From assembly GCA_017444825.1 (NCBI GenBank), contig JAFSVU010000026.1:86009-150008 (forward strand): DNA of 64,000 bases, given 5' to 3'. Both the position numbers and the translations under genes were made by a program. The first letter of the stretch is position 1. Each line of letters begins with the position of its first letter. This DNA is from Clostridia bacterium. Lineage in GTDB: Bacteria; Bacillota; Clostridia; UBA1212. Below the pieces are notes generated by a model that did no database searches, was not told the DNA's origin, and was given only the letters and a program-made list of their open reading frames with translations. Of this stretch, positions 10,535 through 20,147 are shown one piece after another.

Positions 10535-11545
10535 TTAAATATCCGGACTTAGAAATACCGTACCCGGAGTCTTTTTAAACCAGGTGATCTGTCTTTTGGC
10601 ATACCGTCTGGTGTCTTTTTTAATTCTGTCATATACTGCATCGCGGCACCAACGCTCTTCCGGAATGCCCAGCTCGCGAAGCTCCGGAAAGTCAAGATAA
10701 GGTATTATTTCTTTATAACCAATGGCATTAAGCGCGGTAAGTTTAAGTATATCAAGGCTCTTTACAGATTCATCGCTGACGTTGTTTCTGCATGCCGCAT
10801 AGACCATTCTTACTTCATCGTCAAGGCCCTTCTCCCTCATATCATCGACCCGCTCATTGATCTTTTTGTAAAGCAGATCTCTTTCCGGCAGAAGACAGTA
10901 TGTGAGGTAACGGAGCTTTGGCGTGTGTAAAAGAGATTCTTCATTTCGCTGTTGTCGAGGTTTCCCGGTAACAAAGAAAAGCACAAGCTGTCTGTAGACC
11001 CTTTTGATATTGTTCATATGTATTTCGGCAGCGGCTTCGGGATCGTATTTTGCAAGAAGACCGTGAAGAAGCACCTTATCTCCGCTTTCAAAAAGCTGAT
11101 CGCATTTTTCTTTTTCGGCCCTGTATTCCTCACAGAAATAAGTGTCTTCCGGCTCGTCCGTGTAGGTTCTGTTGTCGATTAGGGTGTTGATATAAAGACC
11201 TGTACCGCCGCAAAACACCGGCACTTTTCCCCGGGATATAATGTCACCTGTAATTATCTCAGCAGACTCTTTATATTTAAAAACGCTGTAGTTCTCCCAG
11301 GGATCGACGATATCGATCATGTGGTGAGGTATCTTCTTTCTGTCCTCGAGGGAAGGCTTCGCAGTGCCTATATCCATCATACGGTATATCTGCATGGAAT
11401 CACAGGAAACAAGCTCCCCGCCTAAAAGCCCGCAAAGCTCCATGGCAAGGTGTGACTTTCCTGAAGCCGTGGGCCCGCATATGATGATCGCCGAAGGTCC
11501 GCTCTGTCTTCTGTATTCGTCTGCGATTTCTGCCGCAATGCTCAT
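10535..11545 (-). CDS. miaA: tRNA dimethylallyltransferase MiaA
   Basis: P-loop IIICGPTASGKS and DSMQIYRMMDIGTAKP; found in the conserved mutL-miaA arrangement. Confidence 0.9.
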   Translation of the reverse strand: MSIAAEIADEYRRQSGPSAIIICGPTASGKSHLAMELCGLLGGELVSCDSMQIYRMMDIGTAKPSLEDRKKIPHHMIDIVDPWENYSVFKYKESAEIITGDIISRGKVPVFCGGTGLYINTLIDNRTYTDEPEDTYFCEEYRAEKEKCDQLFESGDKVLLHGLLAKYDPEAAAEIHMNNIKRVYRQLVLFFVTGKPRQQRNEESLLHTPKLRYLTYCLLPERDLLYKKINERVDDMREKGLDDEVRMVYAACRNNVSDESVKSLDILKLTALNAIGYKEIIPYLDFPELRELGIPEERWCRDAVYDRIKKDTRRYAKRQITWFKKTPGTVFLSPDI

Positions 11546-11547
11546 GA

Positions 11548-13470
11548 TCAGGCCCTGTGGAATCTCCTCTCGATCTCATATTGAGTCATTTTAAATATGA
11601 TAGGTCTGCCGTGTGGGCAAGTGCCGGGATTTTTCACAGCAAGTAAAGAGTCGAGAAGATGTCTTATTTCAATATCAGAAAGCTTCATATTGCCTTTAAT
11701 GGCGGCTTTGCAGGCCATCGTATAGACTGCATGATCCGGGAACACGTTGATCATCCCTTCTCCGGTCCTCGGACTGCCTATGGCGGTGACCACAAAAGCC
11801 TCCGCGGAAGACTCGTCAATAAGCGTGGGAACGGATCTTATGATAACGGTGTCAGAGCCGAATTCATCGATCTCGAAACCAAGCTTCTCAAAAGCGTCCT
11901 TTATCTCTCTGAACCTTATCATCTCTGACGGTCCGAGCCTCACGGTAATGGGAAGCAGAAGTGGAGTCGACGGATTGTCGGCACCGAGAAGCCTTGCTTT
12001 GATCTCCTCATATTTAAGACGCTCGTGGGCCGCGTGCTGATCTATCATGTAAAAAGCGCCGTTAAACTCCAAGAGAATGTAGGTCTCAAGAAGCTGCCCT
12101 ATAACACGTCCGTATTTATAAACGTCGTAAAACTCACCGGAAAACTCCGGGTCTTTCTTTTCAGGCACCTTCGTCGCCCGCTCATCTTCGCTTGCGGTAA
12201 CGACTTTTCCGCCCTTCATACCGACGTCAATGCCCTCAAACAAAGCCTGTTCACGCACGCCAAGGGGCTCTACGTCCTTCTTCTGGGCGTATGCATCAGG
12301 GACGGGTTCGGATACGGCCCCGGCTTTTATGATCTCGGAAAACGAAGGAACAGAGAATGGCTCATACTTCTTTGGCATTTCTGAACTCTTCGGCTGTTCA
12401 GTGGATTTCAGGGTTTCGGTGGCTTTTGGTGCTTCCTGTATCTTTGGCGATTCGTTTGATAAAGCAAACTCCGGCGGAGCGATGGCGGGATCGTACACGG
12501 CTCCCATTATCGCATGGTAGACACAGCGGAAGACCGCATTGTTGTCGGCAAACCTGACCTCTGTCTTGGCGGGATGGACGTTTACGTCGACTCTTGACGG
12601 CGGAACCTCGATATTCAAAACAGCAAACGGGAAACGGCCCTTCATGGTAAGGGTCTTGTAAGCCTCATCAATAGCGGCGGACACAGTTTTGCTTTTAACG
12701 TAACGGCCGTTGACGAATGCCAGCTGTCTGTTCCTGTTGCCGTATGTGAGTTCTTTGAGACCGCACAGGCCCGTGACCTTTACATTGTCTTCTGAAAATG
12801 CGCAATCCGTTAGTTTTTCGGATATCTCCCTGCCGAAAATACCATAAACGGCAGACCTGAGATCGCCTCCCGGAGTAAAGAGAATCTGTTTTTTGTCTGA
12901 GATAAGTCTGAATGAAACAGCCGGGTGCGAAATTGCAATTCTCTCCATGGTCTCCGCCACGTAAGACGCCTCGGTCTGATCTCTCATCAGAAATTTATAC
13001 CTTGCCGGGGTGTTGTAGAAGAGATTCTCAACGATAAAGCTTGTACCGTCCTTTGTACCGCAGGGGCCTGACTCAATAAGCTCTCCACCCTCAATAACGA
13101 CGCAGGTGCCCTGATCGTTGTCCCTCGTTTTGGTCCTGAGAGTCACCTTGGAAACGGCAGATATACTTGCAAGCGCCTCCCCTCTGAAACCGAGAGTATT
13201 TATCTCGAACAGGTCCTCGGAGGAACGAATTTTACTGGTGGCATGCTTGTCAAACGCGATGATGCAGTCATCAGGCTCCATGCCGGAGCCGTTGTCGTCG
13301 ATCCTTATGTATTTAATACCGCCGTTTCTGATCTCGACGGATATCCTTGTACTTCCGGCATCGATGGAGTTTTCAACCATCTCTTTTACGACGGAAGCAG
13401 GTCTTTCAACGACCTCGCCAGCCGCTATCTGGCTGGATGTCAGATCGTCAAGTAGAATGATCTTTCCCAT
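11548..13470 (-). CDS. mutL: DNA mismatch repair protein MutL
   Basis: GHKL ATPase N-terminus: IAAGEVVERPASVVKEMVENSIDAGST...IRIDDNGSGM...GFRGEALASI. 640 aa. Confidence 0.92.
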   Translation of the reverse strand: MGKIILLDDLTSSQIAAGEVVERPASVVKEMVENSIDAGSTRISVEIRNGGIKYIRIDDNGSGMEPDDCIIAFDKHATSKIRSSEDLFEINTLGFRGEALASISAVSKVTLRTKTRDNDQGTCVVIEGGELIESGPCGTKDGTSFIVENLFYNTPARYKFLMRDQTEASYVAETMERIAISHPAVSFRLISDKKQILFTPGGDLRSAVYGIFGREISEKLTDCAFSEDNVKVTGLCGLKELTYGNRNRQLAFVNGRYVKSKTVSAAIDEAYKTLTMKGRFPFAVLNIEVPPSRVDVNVHPAKTEVRFADNNAVFRCVYHAIMGAVYDPAIAPPEFALSNESPKIQEAPKATETLKSTEQPKSSEMPKKYEPFSVPSFSEIIKAGAVSEPVPDAYAQKKDVEPLGVREQALFEGIDVGMKGGKVVTASEDERATKVPEKKDPEFSGEFYDVYKYGRVIGQLLETYILLEFNGAFYMIDQHAAHERLKYEEIKARLLGADNPSTPLLLPITVRLGPSEMIRFREIKDAFEKLGFEIDEFGSDTVIIRSVPTLIDESSAEAFVVTAIGSPRTGEGMINVFPDHAVYTMACKAAIKGNMKLSDIEIRHLLDSLLAVKNPGTCPHGRPIIFKMTQYEIERRFHRA

Positions 13471-13486
13471 AGTTTTAACTTACTTC

Positions 13487-15010
13487 CTATAATTGTTTAC
13501 CTGATTTTTTAGAATTGTGAGCAACAAGCGCGATCGCTAGTATCATAAGCGGAACAACAAACACCAATATTATCACCGCACAAACCAGTACCTTATGTTC
13601 GCTTGAAAACGCGATAGTCCTGTCAACTCCCTCGGAAAAAGCATATTTATTGACGTACCCGGAGGACGCACCGGGGGAAGAAATTTCCATTGGTTTTGAC
13701 GTGGCTTCTTCAGGGATCAGTACGTCAAGGGCATCAAAGAGTTTATCACCGCCAGAGTAACGCTGGAGTGAATTATCGACGATATCAAGGATATAAAGCT
13801 GTTTCGCGCCGCCGTTTTTGGAACCGTAAACGAGGAACTGAGTATCCTTGCCCCTGTAGGCTCTGATACCTGTTATAAACAGTGTCTCAATGGTCTCTCC
13901 CGCCGGCGTATAAACGAAAGTGGTAGCTTTCTCAAATCTCTTTTCCGGGTATACCCTGGCAAGGTATTTATCTACGTCATAGAACGTAAAAGTGTTGCCT
14001 GCGATATTGTCGTATTCCATAACGAAAAGGTCTCCGTCGCCGTCAAGTCCCGGTGTGGGTGTGGGAGCAGTAGTATCTTCCGGAGCTACCGATGGGGTGA
14101 CCGTCGGAGTTTCAGTCGGCTTTTCAGTTATTTCAGGCGTGATAGCAGGAGATTCGGAAGGATTTTCGGAAGCGTCCGGAGTTTCAGAAGCATCAGGCGT
14201 CGGCGTCGGAGTAGGCGTCGGAGAAGGTGTGGGAGTCGGGGTGGGAGTCACCGGATCCGGTGCTTTTGCCCTTATGACGTTAACAGAATAAACTTTTTCA
14301 TTACCGTTTTCCGCAGTGACCGTAATGGTCCTCACGTTGTTCCCTACCTTAAGGAACTCGGTTCCCGAGAGAGCGCTCTTTGCCGAGCTGTCCTCAAGTC
14401 CGAAATACATGTAGCAGACGTCAACGTTATTGGCGACGTTTACCGTATATGTCAGGGTCTCCTTATTGAATTTGGGATTAAGAGTGCCTACCGAAGGCTC
14501 GATAAATTTCAGATAGCAGTTGGATGATTTTTCTTTGTTTGATATTCCAAGTGTGGCATTGGTTATAGCGACGTCCATTATGTCGTCCTTGCCCTGCTCG
14601 GGAATGAGCCTTAAGGCCATGTGGTCGGTGATGGTAAAGTTACAGGTTCCGACCGCTTTGCTCTTGAACGTGTATTGGCGTGTGAATGATCTTGAATTCT
14701 GACCCTGGGAAAAGTCCACCTGCTCGCTGATGATGCCCGCCGCCTGGGAGACGTTGTCGCCGGAAATGAATGTGACCTTTGAATTATCATATTCAAATTT
14801 GAAGGAAACGTAGGCGGAATCAACGCTGCTCGTATATGTTAGCGTGAGCTTGAATTCGGTGTTTTCCCTTACTTCATTGGTGCTGAGTGTGAGCTTAAGA
14901 CTTGCATCCGAGGCAGCCGAAACGTTGCTCACGAAAAAGCAGCCCGCGATCATAACGACCGCAAGAAAGGCGCAAAATGCGATATGAATTTTAGAATAAG
15001 ATCTCTTCAT
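13487..15010 (-). CDS. Secreted cell-surface protein: signal peptide, cadherin-like beta-sandwich domains, a PT-rich linker, and a C-terminal TM anchor with a basic tail
   Basis: Signal MKRSYSKIHIAFCAFLAVVMIAGCFFVSNVSAAS. Cadherin-like beta-sandwich motif CYLKFIEPSVGTLNPKFNKETLTYTVNV. Linker [21 protein letters not shown]-terminus VLVCAVIILVFVVPLMILAIALVAHNSKKSGKQL. Confidence 0.7.
   Translation of the reverse strand: MKRSYSKIHIAFCAFLAVVMIAGCFFVSNVSAASDASLKLTLSTNEVRENTEFKLTLTYTSSVDSAYVSFKFEYDNSKVTFISGDNVSQAAGIISEQVDFSQGQNSRSFTRQYTFKSKAVGTCNFTITDHMALRLIPEQGKDDIMDVAITNATLGISNKEKSSNCYLKFIEPSVGTLNPKFNKETLTYTVNVANNVDVCYMYFGLEDSSAKSALSGTEFLKVGNNVRTITVTAENGNEKVYSVNVIRAKAPDPVTPTPTPTPSPTPTPTPTPDASETPDASENPSESPAITPEITEKPTETPTVTPSVAPEDTTAPTPTPGLDGDGDLFVMEYDNIAGNTFTFYDVDKYLARVYPEKRFEKATTFVYTPAGETIETLFITGIRAYRGKDTQFLVYGSKNGGAKQLYILDIVDNSLQRYSGGDKLFDALDVLIPEEATSKPMEISSPGASSGYVNKYAFSEGVDRTIAFSSEHKVLVCAVIILVFVVPLMILAIALVAHNSKKSGKQL
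14080..14285. repeat. Proline/threonine-rich linker coding repeat, (CCN-ACN)n, within the surface protein gene
   Basis: DNA shows ggcgtcggagtaggcgtcggagaagg... periodicity, matching the PTPTPTP stretch in the translation. Confidence 0.7.
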
Positions 15011-15037
15011 AGTTTTACCCTCATAAGTGCAGAATGG

Positions 15038-17401
15038 TTAATTTGGCTGCACCAGTTTTGCGATATCCCAAACGTGTCTCTTGATGTAGAGGAAGTCAAG
15101 AGGCGTCACAGAATTGACGGCAGCAATATTTTTAGTCGAAACGGCTCCCGCCACCAGCCAGATGTCGGCAAGCTCCGATATGCCCCAGACATGGCGTTTT
15201 ACGTAAAGAAAATCAAGTGCATTGATCACTCCGTCACCGGTAACATCGCCAAAGAGTACCACCTTGAACGTGGCAAGTGTGTCACCTGTTATAACGGACT
15301 TTACTGTCACAACTGAACCTGTGGATATGATGCTGTCGCCTGTTATCACCTGGCCGTTTTTATTTTTGACCTCTACGGAGGTGTTGGTCAGTTCGAACTT
15401 TGAAAGGAATTCGGAGACCTTCATGTTTTCCGATATTCCATAGACGATATTTCCGGAAGAAGCAGTGCCGGATGTAGGGAGAGATACACTGTACTCTACA
15501 ACAGGCGTTGGAGTGGGAGTGGGTGTGGGTGGGGGTGTGGGCGTCACGTTAACTGTCGGTGTCGGCGTCGGCGTGGGAGTTGGCGTCGGGGTCGGAGTAG
15601 GTGTGGGTGTGGGTGTCGGCGTCGGCGTTGGTGTCGGCGTCGGGGTCGGCGTTGGTGTCGGCAGCGGCGGATCGAACTCCTCTTCGCTTCTCAAAATGGT
15701 TATGGTATAAAGACCTGCGTCTCCCCGCTGAGATTTGGTTACGATCTCAAATACGTTCTCGCCAATGTAAAGCGTCTTCTCTCCGAGACCGCTTACGGAT
15801 GTGTTTGAATTGATGGGCTCGGCTGTAAGGTTGACCTTACTGATGCTCTTCGGGAGTCTCAAGGTGTAGCTGAAAACACCGGATTCAAAAGTCGGGCTGA
15901 TGATATAATCGCCGACCTTGATGCTTTTAAGTCTGTAATTGGGGTTTCCGTCCTTTGTGGGACACGGGCAGGAAAGCTCCGGAATATCGAGGTATACCGG
16001 GATCTTAAACAAAAACGAGGATTCGAACAGCCCTGCGGATTCGTACGTATTCTTTACGTTCATACTCTCCGAGGTGGCGGCCTCAATGTTCTGCATGTAT
16101 TGGTGCCAGAATCTGCTGAAATATTCGCCCTCCACGTCAAATTTCTGAAGGTAGAAGGTGTCCTGACCCTTGGTTATGTAGTTCATGCCAACTTTTTTGC
16201 TTCCGCCGGCAAGGGCAAGATAAGGAGTGGTCCAGCCCTCGCGTCTTGCCTCCGCAAAACCGTTTGCGTATATCTGAGCATTGGTGGAGCCCGCGGCCTC
16301 TATGTTGAAATAGTTGTACAGGCCTTCATATCCCGGCTCAACACCTGATATCAGCGGACTCTTACCGAGTCCCTGTTCCTGTCTAACCCTTGCGGCCAGC
16401 ATGAGCGGATTCACATTATTAAGCTCACCGAGTCTCATAAAAGCCTGAGCATAGGTGATGTCTCTACCGTCCTCGTCGCCCATAGGCACGTTGGCGTGGG
16501 ACATAAAAGTACCGCTGAGAAGCTTTTCGACGCTCGCCTCGGTAACCACGTCAGGGTTGTATGAAAGCTGTTCAAACTGGAATATATGCTTCTCGTTGAG
16601 GAAGTTCCTGGGATCAAGGAAATAGTCGATAAGTTCATACGAAGCGCATGTAAAATAAGGACCCGAAACACCGACCCAGGCATCCTTGTCCCAGTCGAAG
16701 GCCCCCGGCCTCAAAGATTTCCATGAGGATATGGCAGTGACTTCGATGTCGTTTGAGTTGAATTCATATTCAGCGGCAAGGACAGTCTGCCAGCTGAGGT
16801 CCGTCTGAAAAGCCTTAAACCTCCATTCAGGATGGAGGTAATGAAGGACTCTGAGATAAAGTCTGTATGACTCGGGAAAGCCCTCCTCATCCATGAGAGC
16901 CTCAAATTCGGGATCGCTCGAAGGCGCAACCAAACCAATGTATTGAGCCGAAACATAGCCGTATTTTCTGGCAGAGCCATTGGCGTAACTGACGTAATAC
17001 CAGGCGCTGTCGCTTACAAAAACCCTGCCGTGGATCTCAATGACCGTTCCGTATTTAAGTGAGTCGAGTATAGTCGATTCTGTGGAGGGACCCTCTCTGA
17101 CTCTGAGTGAGCTGTCGGTATAGACGTCCACGTATCCGCAAAGTGTCCTGCTGAAGAGCTGAAGCTCGCCTTCTTCTCCGGGAGGTATGCTGCCGGGATC
17201 GTGGGGTCCCGGAGTTTCGGTGGGTACAGGGGTCTCAGTTTCCGAAGGAACGGGAGTATCGGTTGCAGTAGGTGACTGATCCGGGTCCTCTCCGTGGACT
17301 GTCAGTCCTCCCGAAATAAAAGAAAAGAACATAACGACAGCAAGAAGTACGCAAAACAGCTTCGTAAGCCTTATGTGCTTTTCCTGCAAAGTCATGTTCA
17401 T
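15038..17401 (-). CDS. Dockerin-containing multidomain peptidoglycan hydrolase: signal/TM, SH3b, glucosaminidase (mannosyl-glycoprotein endo-beta-N-acetylglucosaminidase-like), cadherin-like beta-sandwich, (PT)n linker, type-I dockerin
   Basis: SH3b: [36 protein letters not shown]. Glucosaminidase-like region: [14 protein letters not shown]. Cadherin-like: [29 protein letters not shown]. About 20 consecutive PT dipeptides. C-terminal duplicated dockerin calcium-binding loops [21 protein letters not shown] and [16 protein letters not shown]. Confidence 0.75.
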   Translation of the reverse strand: MNMTLQEKHIRLTKLFCVLLAVVMFFSFISGGLTVHGEDPDQSPTATDTPVPSETETPVPTETPGPHDPGSIPPGEEGELQLFSRTLCGYVDVYTDSSLRVREGPSTESTILDSLKYGTVIEIHGRVFVSDSAWYYVSYANGSARKYGYVSAQYIGLVAPSSDPEFEALMDEEGFPESYRLYLRVLHYLHPEWRFKAFQTDLSWQTVLAAEYEFNSNDIEVTAISSWKSLRPGAFDWDKDAWVGVSGPYFTCASYELIDYFLDPRNFLNEKHIFQFEQLSYNPDVVTEASVEKLLSGTFMSHANVPMGDEDGRDITYAQAFMRLGELNNVNPLMLAARVRQEQGLGKSPLISGVEPGYEGLYNYFNIEAAGSTNAQIYANGFAEARREGWTTPYLALAGGSKKVGMNYITKGQDTFYLQKFDVEGEYFSRFWHQYMQNIEAATSESMNVKNTYESAGLFESSFLFKIPVYLDIPELSCPCPTKDGNPNYRLKSIKVGDYIISPTFESGVFSYTLRLPKSISKVNLTAEPINSNTSVSGLGEKTLYIGENVFEIVTKSQRGDAGLYTITILRSEEEFDPPLPTPTPTPTPTPTPTPTPTPTPTPTPTPTPTPTPTPTVNVTPTPPPTPTPTPTPVVEYSVSLPTSGTASSGNIVYGISENMKVSEFLSKFELTNTSVEVKNKNGQVITGDSIISTGSVVTVKSVITGDTLATFKVVLFGDVTGDGVINALDFLYVKRHVWGISELADIWLVAGAVSTKNIAAVNSVTPLDFLYIKRHVWDIAKLVQPN
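15505..15690. repeat. (PT)n coding microsatellite: about 30 tandem ACN-CCN dipeptide codons
   Basis: ggcgtcggcgtgggagttggcgtcggggtcggagtaggtgtgggtgtgggtgtcggc... On the antisense strand it reads as a spurious (GV)n ORF (15465..15710 +). Confidence 0.8.
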
Positions 17402-17523
17402 CGGAATTTTTCTCCTTTGTAACGCACCATTTTAAAATAAACGATACAAGTTTATTATACAGCTTTTCCCCGAGAAATTCAAGGAATCATTTTTACTGCA
17501 AAAATAGCGGCATTATGGGCTCG

Positions 17524-18360
17524 TCAATAATAGTCGACCCTTCTGTTGTTCTCAAACACCGGGGGATATATATTCTCCGAAGGATCGATGCCCGCAAGTC
17601 TGCAGCAGGCCTCGTGGGCCCTTTTCGTAAGATCGATAACCGCCTCATGTCTCGGAAGACTCTTATCGGGAAACAGTGGCTCGCCAATGTTAAACGTGAT
17701 CATCCCTTCCCGGTATATCAGCTTAAACAGTCCCTTAGGCTCACGGTAGGAAAAAGCGCACGGAAGGATCGGGACGTCAGCCTTGACGGCGAAATTTGCG
17801 GCGCCGGTCTTAAAAGGTCTTATAGGCATGTAATATTCCCACATACTGCCTTCCGCTGCGATATGGAGCCAGCCCCCATCCTTAATATATCCCAGAACAG
17901 TGTTTGACATGGCGGCCTGAGCTTTGATGTCTCCCACCGGCACAGGGATGCCGCCGTTATATCTTATAAGCTTTTTATTCTCGCCCATCATGTTTTTGTC
18001 CCATACGAGGATACGGGTCTTCCGCCTCCAAAAGGAAAGCATTTCAACTATATAATCCCAAAGATGTATATGGTTTGCAACGGAAATAACGCCTTTTGAG
18101 AGCTCACCTTTATGCTTTTTAAGATTATCTTTCCCCTTTACCTTAAGTCCGAGAGCAATGTAGGTGATCGGCCTTGCCACGGTCTGGACAAGCACCCTCA
18201 TCAGTGCAGCCTTAAATCTGTATGATCTCGAATCATCTATGAACGGGTAGTCTTTGTCAAACACAGCCCCGTCATTTTTCTTGACGACAAGGTAATGTCT
18301 GTCGGTTATATCAGGAAAAGGGTATTTTGTAGGCTTGGGATCATATGGCATAACGATCAT
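17524..18360 (-). CDS. plsC: 1-acyl-sn-glycerol-3-phosphate acyltransferase family protein (PlsC/LPLAT)
   Basis: HX4D acyltransferase motif in ISVANHIHLWDYIV, and a ...PIRPFKTGAA... block. The start is placed at the internal Met (MIVMPYDPK) because the longer ORF (to 18450) would overlap the upstream gene by 80 nt. Confidence 0.65.
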   Translation of the reverse strand: MIVMPYDPKPTKYPFPDITDRHYLVVKKNDGAVFDKDYPFIDDSRSYRFKAALMRVLVQTVARPITYIALGLKVKGKDNLKKHKGELSKGVISVANHIHLWDYIVEMLSFWRRKTRILVWDKNMMGENKKLIRYNGGIPVPVGDIKAQAAMSNTVLGYIKDGGWLHIAAEGSMWEYYMPIRPFKTGAANFAVKADVPILPCAFSYREPKGLFKLIYREGMITFNIGEPLFPDKSLPRHEAVIDLTKRAHEACCRLAGIDPSENIYPPVFENNRRVDYY

Positions 18361-18370
18361 TTCTCCAATT

Positions 18371-19510
18371 TCATTTAAATCTTGCACATTCAAGTACCTT
18401 AAGGGACGTGAAGCCGTATATCTTAAAAGGTCTGAAGTCCGAAAGAGCAAGTTCTTTCATCCTTTTTAAAACAGCGTCTTCATCATCCTTTGACCTCATA
18501 TTTATAAAATCGCACATGATGATTCCCCTAAGGTTTCTCAGAGATACTATCCTTGAGATCACCTCGCAGCATTCAAGGTTGACATCGCGGGCACCAAGTT
18601 TTGACTCCGCGGAATTAACGTCAAATACGTGCATCGCTTCGGTCTTGTCATAAGTTATAACTGCTCCGCTCTTTGTTTTTACGTACCTGCCGAGGTATCT
18701 CGGGATCTTTCGGAGTGCGTCTTTGACGTCAAAGAGCCTTTCGATATTGTGATCGACCGAAACCTCCGGGGGAGCCGGAAGATAGTCGAAATAACTTCTA
18801 AAGGAAAGAGCGGTCTCCGGATCATCAGTGACTATACTTGAATAGTCGTTGTACTTTAAAAAAGCGGTCACATATTCGGGAAGCTCAGTCTTATAAAGAA
18901 TATCTCCGGGAACCGCAGGCTTTTTGGCAGGCGATCCTTTTATACTTGAAAGAATCTTCGCAAACCTTTCGCAAAAAGTTTCCAATTCCTCAGTTATCAT
19001 TAAATTACTGACGCGGCTGTCACCACAAATAGTTCTCACCGTAACGGCGGTTTTATATCCGTCAAACGCCATCCTCCCGCAAACATCTGATAAAGCCTGT
19101 TTCAGTATTTCGGCTTTGGCGGCAGGTATTTTTTTTGATACCTTAAGCACCTCCGGGACAGACTGTTTGGAAAAATCGGGTATAAACTCAACAAAAGTGA
19201 ACAGTCCGGTAAATGAGATGACAGGTGAGGCCCTGTACTGCTTGGAGCCTTCCGGAAGTGAAACGATCCTTAAGGGATACGCTTTTCCTTTTTCAGGCAT
19301 ATTGTCGTCGCAAAAAGCATTTACGTCGGAACCGATATCGGAGAAATAAAAACCGAGACTGTCATCTTTCTTTACAGCTTTTCCCGCAATGATGTCAAAT
19401 TTGTTAAGTTCTGAGAATGAATACGTAAACTGCGCACAGGGCTCACCCTGCTCTGTTACGGTTATTTCGGCACTTTTGAATTCGGTCCTTCGGCAGTAAA
19501 GCTCCTTCAT
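18371..19510 (-). CDS. Rne/Rng-family ribonuclease: a short, divergent RNase E/G catalytic-domain protein
   Basis: LRGIIMCDFINMRSKDD... corresponds to the RNase E/G DNase-I-like active-site block GLIVIDFIDM. The protein is 379 aa and sits in the conserved clostridial cluster with the radical SAM TIGR03960/TIGR03936 pair. Confidence 0.55.
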   Translation of the reverse strand: MKELYCRRTEFKSAEITVTEQGEPCAQFTYSFSELNKFDIIAGKAVKKDDSLGFYFSDIGSDVNAFCDDNMPEKGKAYPLRIVSLPEGSKQYRASPVISFTGLFTFVEFIPDFSKQSVPEVLKVSKKIPAAKAEILKQALSDVCGRMAFDGYKTAVTVRTICGDSRVSNLMITEELETFCERFAKILSSIKGSPAKKPAVPGDILYKTELPEYVTAFLKYNDYSSIVTDDPETALSFRSYFDYLPAPPEVSVDHNIERLFDVKDALRKIPRYLGRYVKTKSGAVITYDKTEAMHVFDVNSAESKLGARDVNLECCEVISRIVSLRNLRGIIMCDFINMRSKDDEDAVLKRMKELALSDFRPFKIYGFTSLKVLECARFK

Positions 19511-19522
19511 CTTGGTTATTCC

Positions 19523-20143
19523 TCAGTACATATTGTTTTTGTGGATCGATATCAGATCAGCTGAAACTCCGGCTTTTTCGCAGACAGCTGAAAAAGCAAG
19601 CTCCGGCCTCAGATTTCCACCCATTCCCGTCGCCACAGTGATATACAAAGCACCGTCTTTAACAAGAAAGCTTTTGATCATCGGTTTTATATCCACAAGC
19701 TTCTCCCCGCTCTTGCTGCGCTTCATTGTCATCAGCTCTTTGCAGGAATAAAATGCGGAGTTAAGAGAATCCTCATCTTCCGGGCTGATACTGCCTATCC
19801 TTGCGGTATATTCGGCAAAGGACACGGAGCAAAGTATCGAATCGTAGGGTTTTATAAGAGGCTTAGCGCTTAGGACCGTGATCTCGCCCGGGAGAGTACT
19901 GTTTAAAAGATCAATGATCTCAGAGGGTTCATAAGGTCTTGCAAACGTTATATCGAGAAGCTCGCAATCCGAAGTAAGACCCACAGGGAGAGGATTTCCG
20001 AAAACAAGCTGCATTCTGGGGTTGAAACCGCATGAAAACGCAACTTCAATGCGCGCCCTTCTTATGGCCCTTTCGAACACTTTTACAAAATCCAAATGTG
20101 ATACAAATTTAACGGAGTCTCCCCTTTTGTAAGTCAGCCTCAT
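19523..20143 (-). CDS. Radical-SAM-associated protein, DUF2344/TIGR03936 family
   Basis: MRLTYKRGDSVKFVSHLDFVKVFERAIRRARIEVAFSCGFNPRMQLVFGNPLPVG matches the family N-terminus (KFxSHLD...ERAxRRA...GFNPRP). The start is placed at Met20 of the listed ORF so that it does not overlap the upstream gene. Confidence 0.7.
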   Translation of the reverse strand: MRLTYKRGDSVKFVSHLDFVKVFERAIRRARIEVAFSCGFNPRMQLVFGNPLPVGLTSDCELLDITFARPYEPSEIIDLLNSTLPGEITVLSAKPLIKPYDSILCSVSFAEYTARIGSISPEDEDSLNSAFYSCKELMTMKRSKSGEKLVDIKPMIKSFLVKDGALYITVATGMGGNLRPELAFSAVCEKAGVSADLISIHKNNMY

Positions 20144-20147
20144 AATG

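Noticed and set aside
15465-15710. 81-aa (GV)n ORF on the + strand
   Set aside because: Antisense reading of the (PT)n microsatellite inside the dockerin glucosaminidase gene.
17524-18450. 308-aa extended plsC ORF
   Set aside because: It overlaps the 3' end of the RNase E/G-like gene by 80 nt. An internal Met gives a non-overlapping gene.
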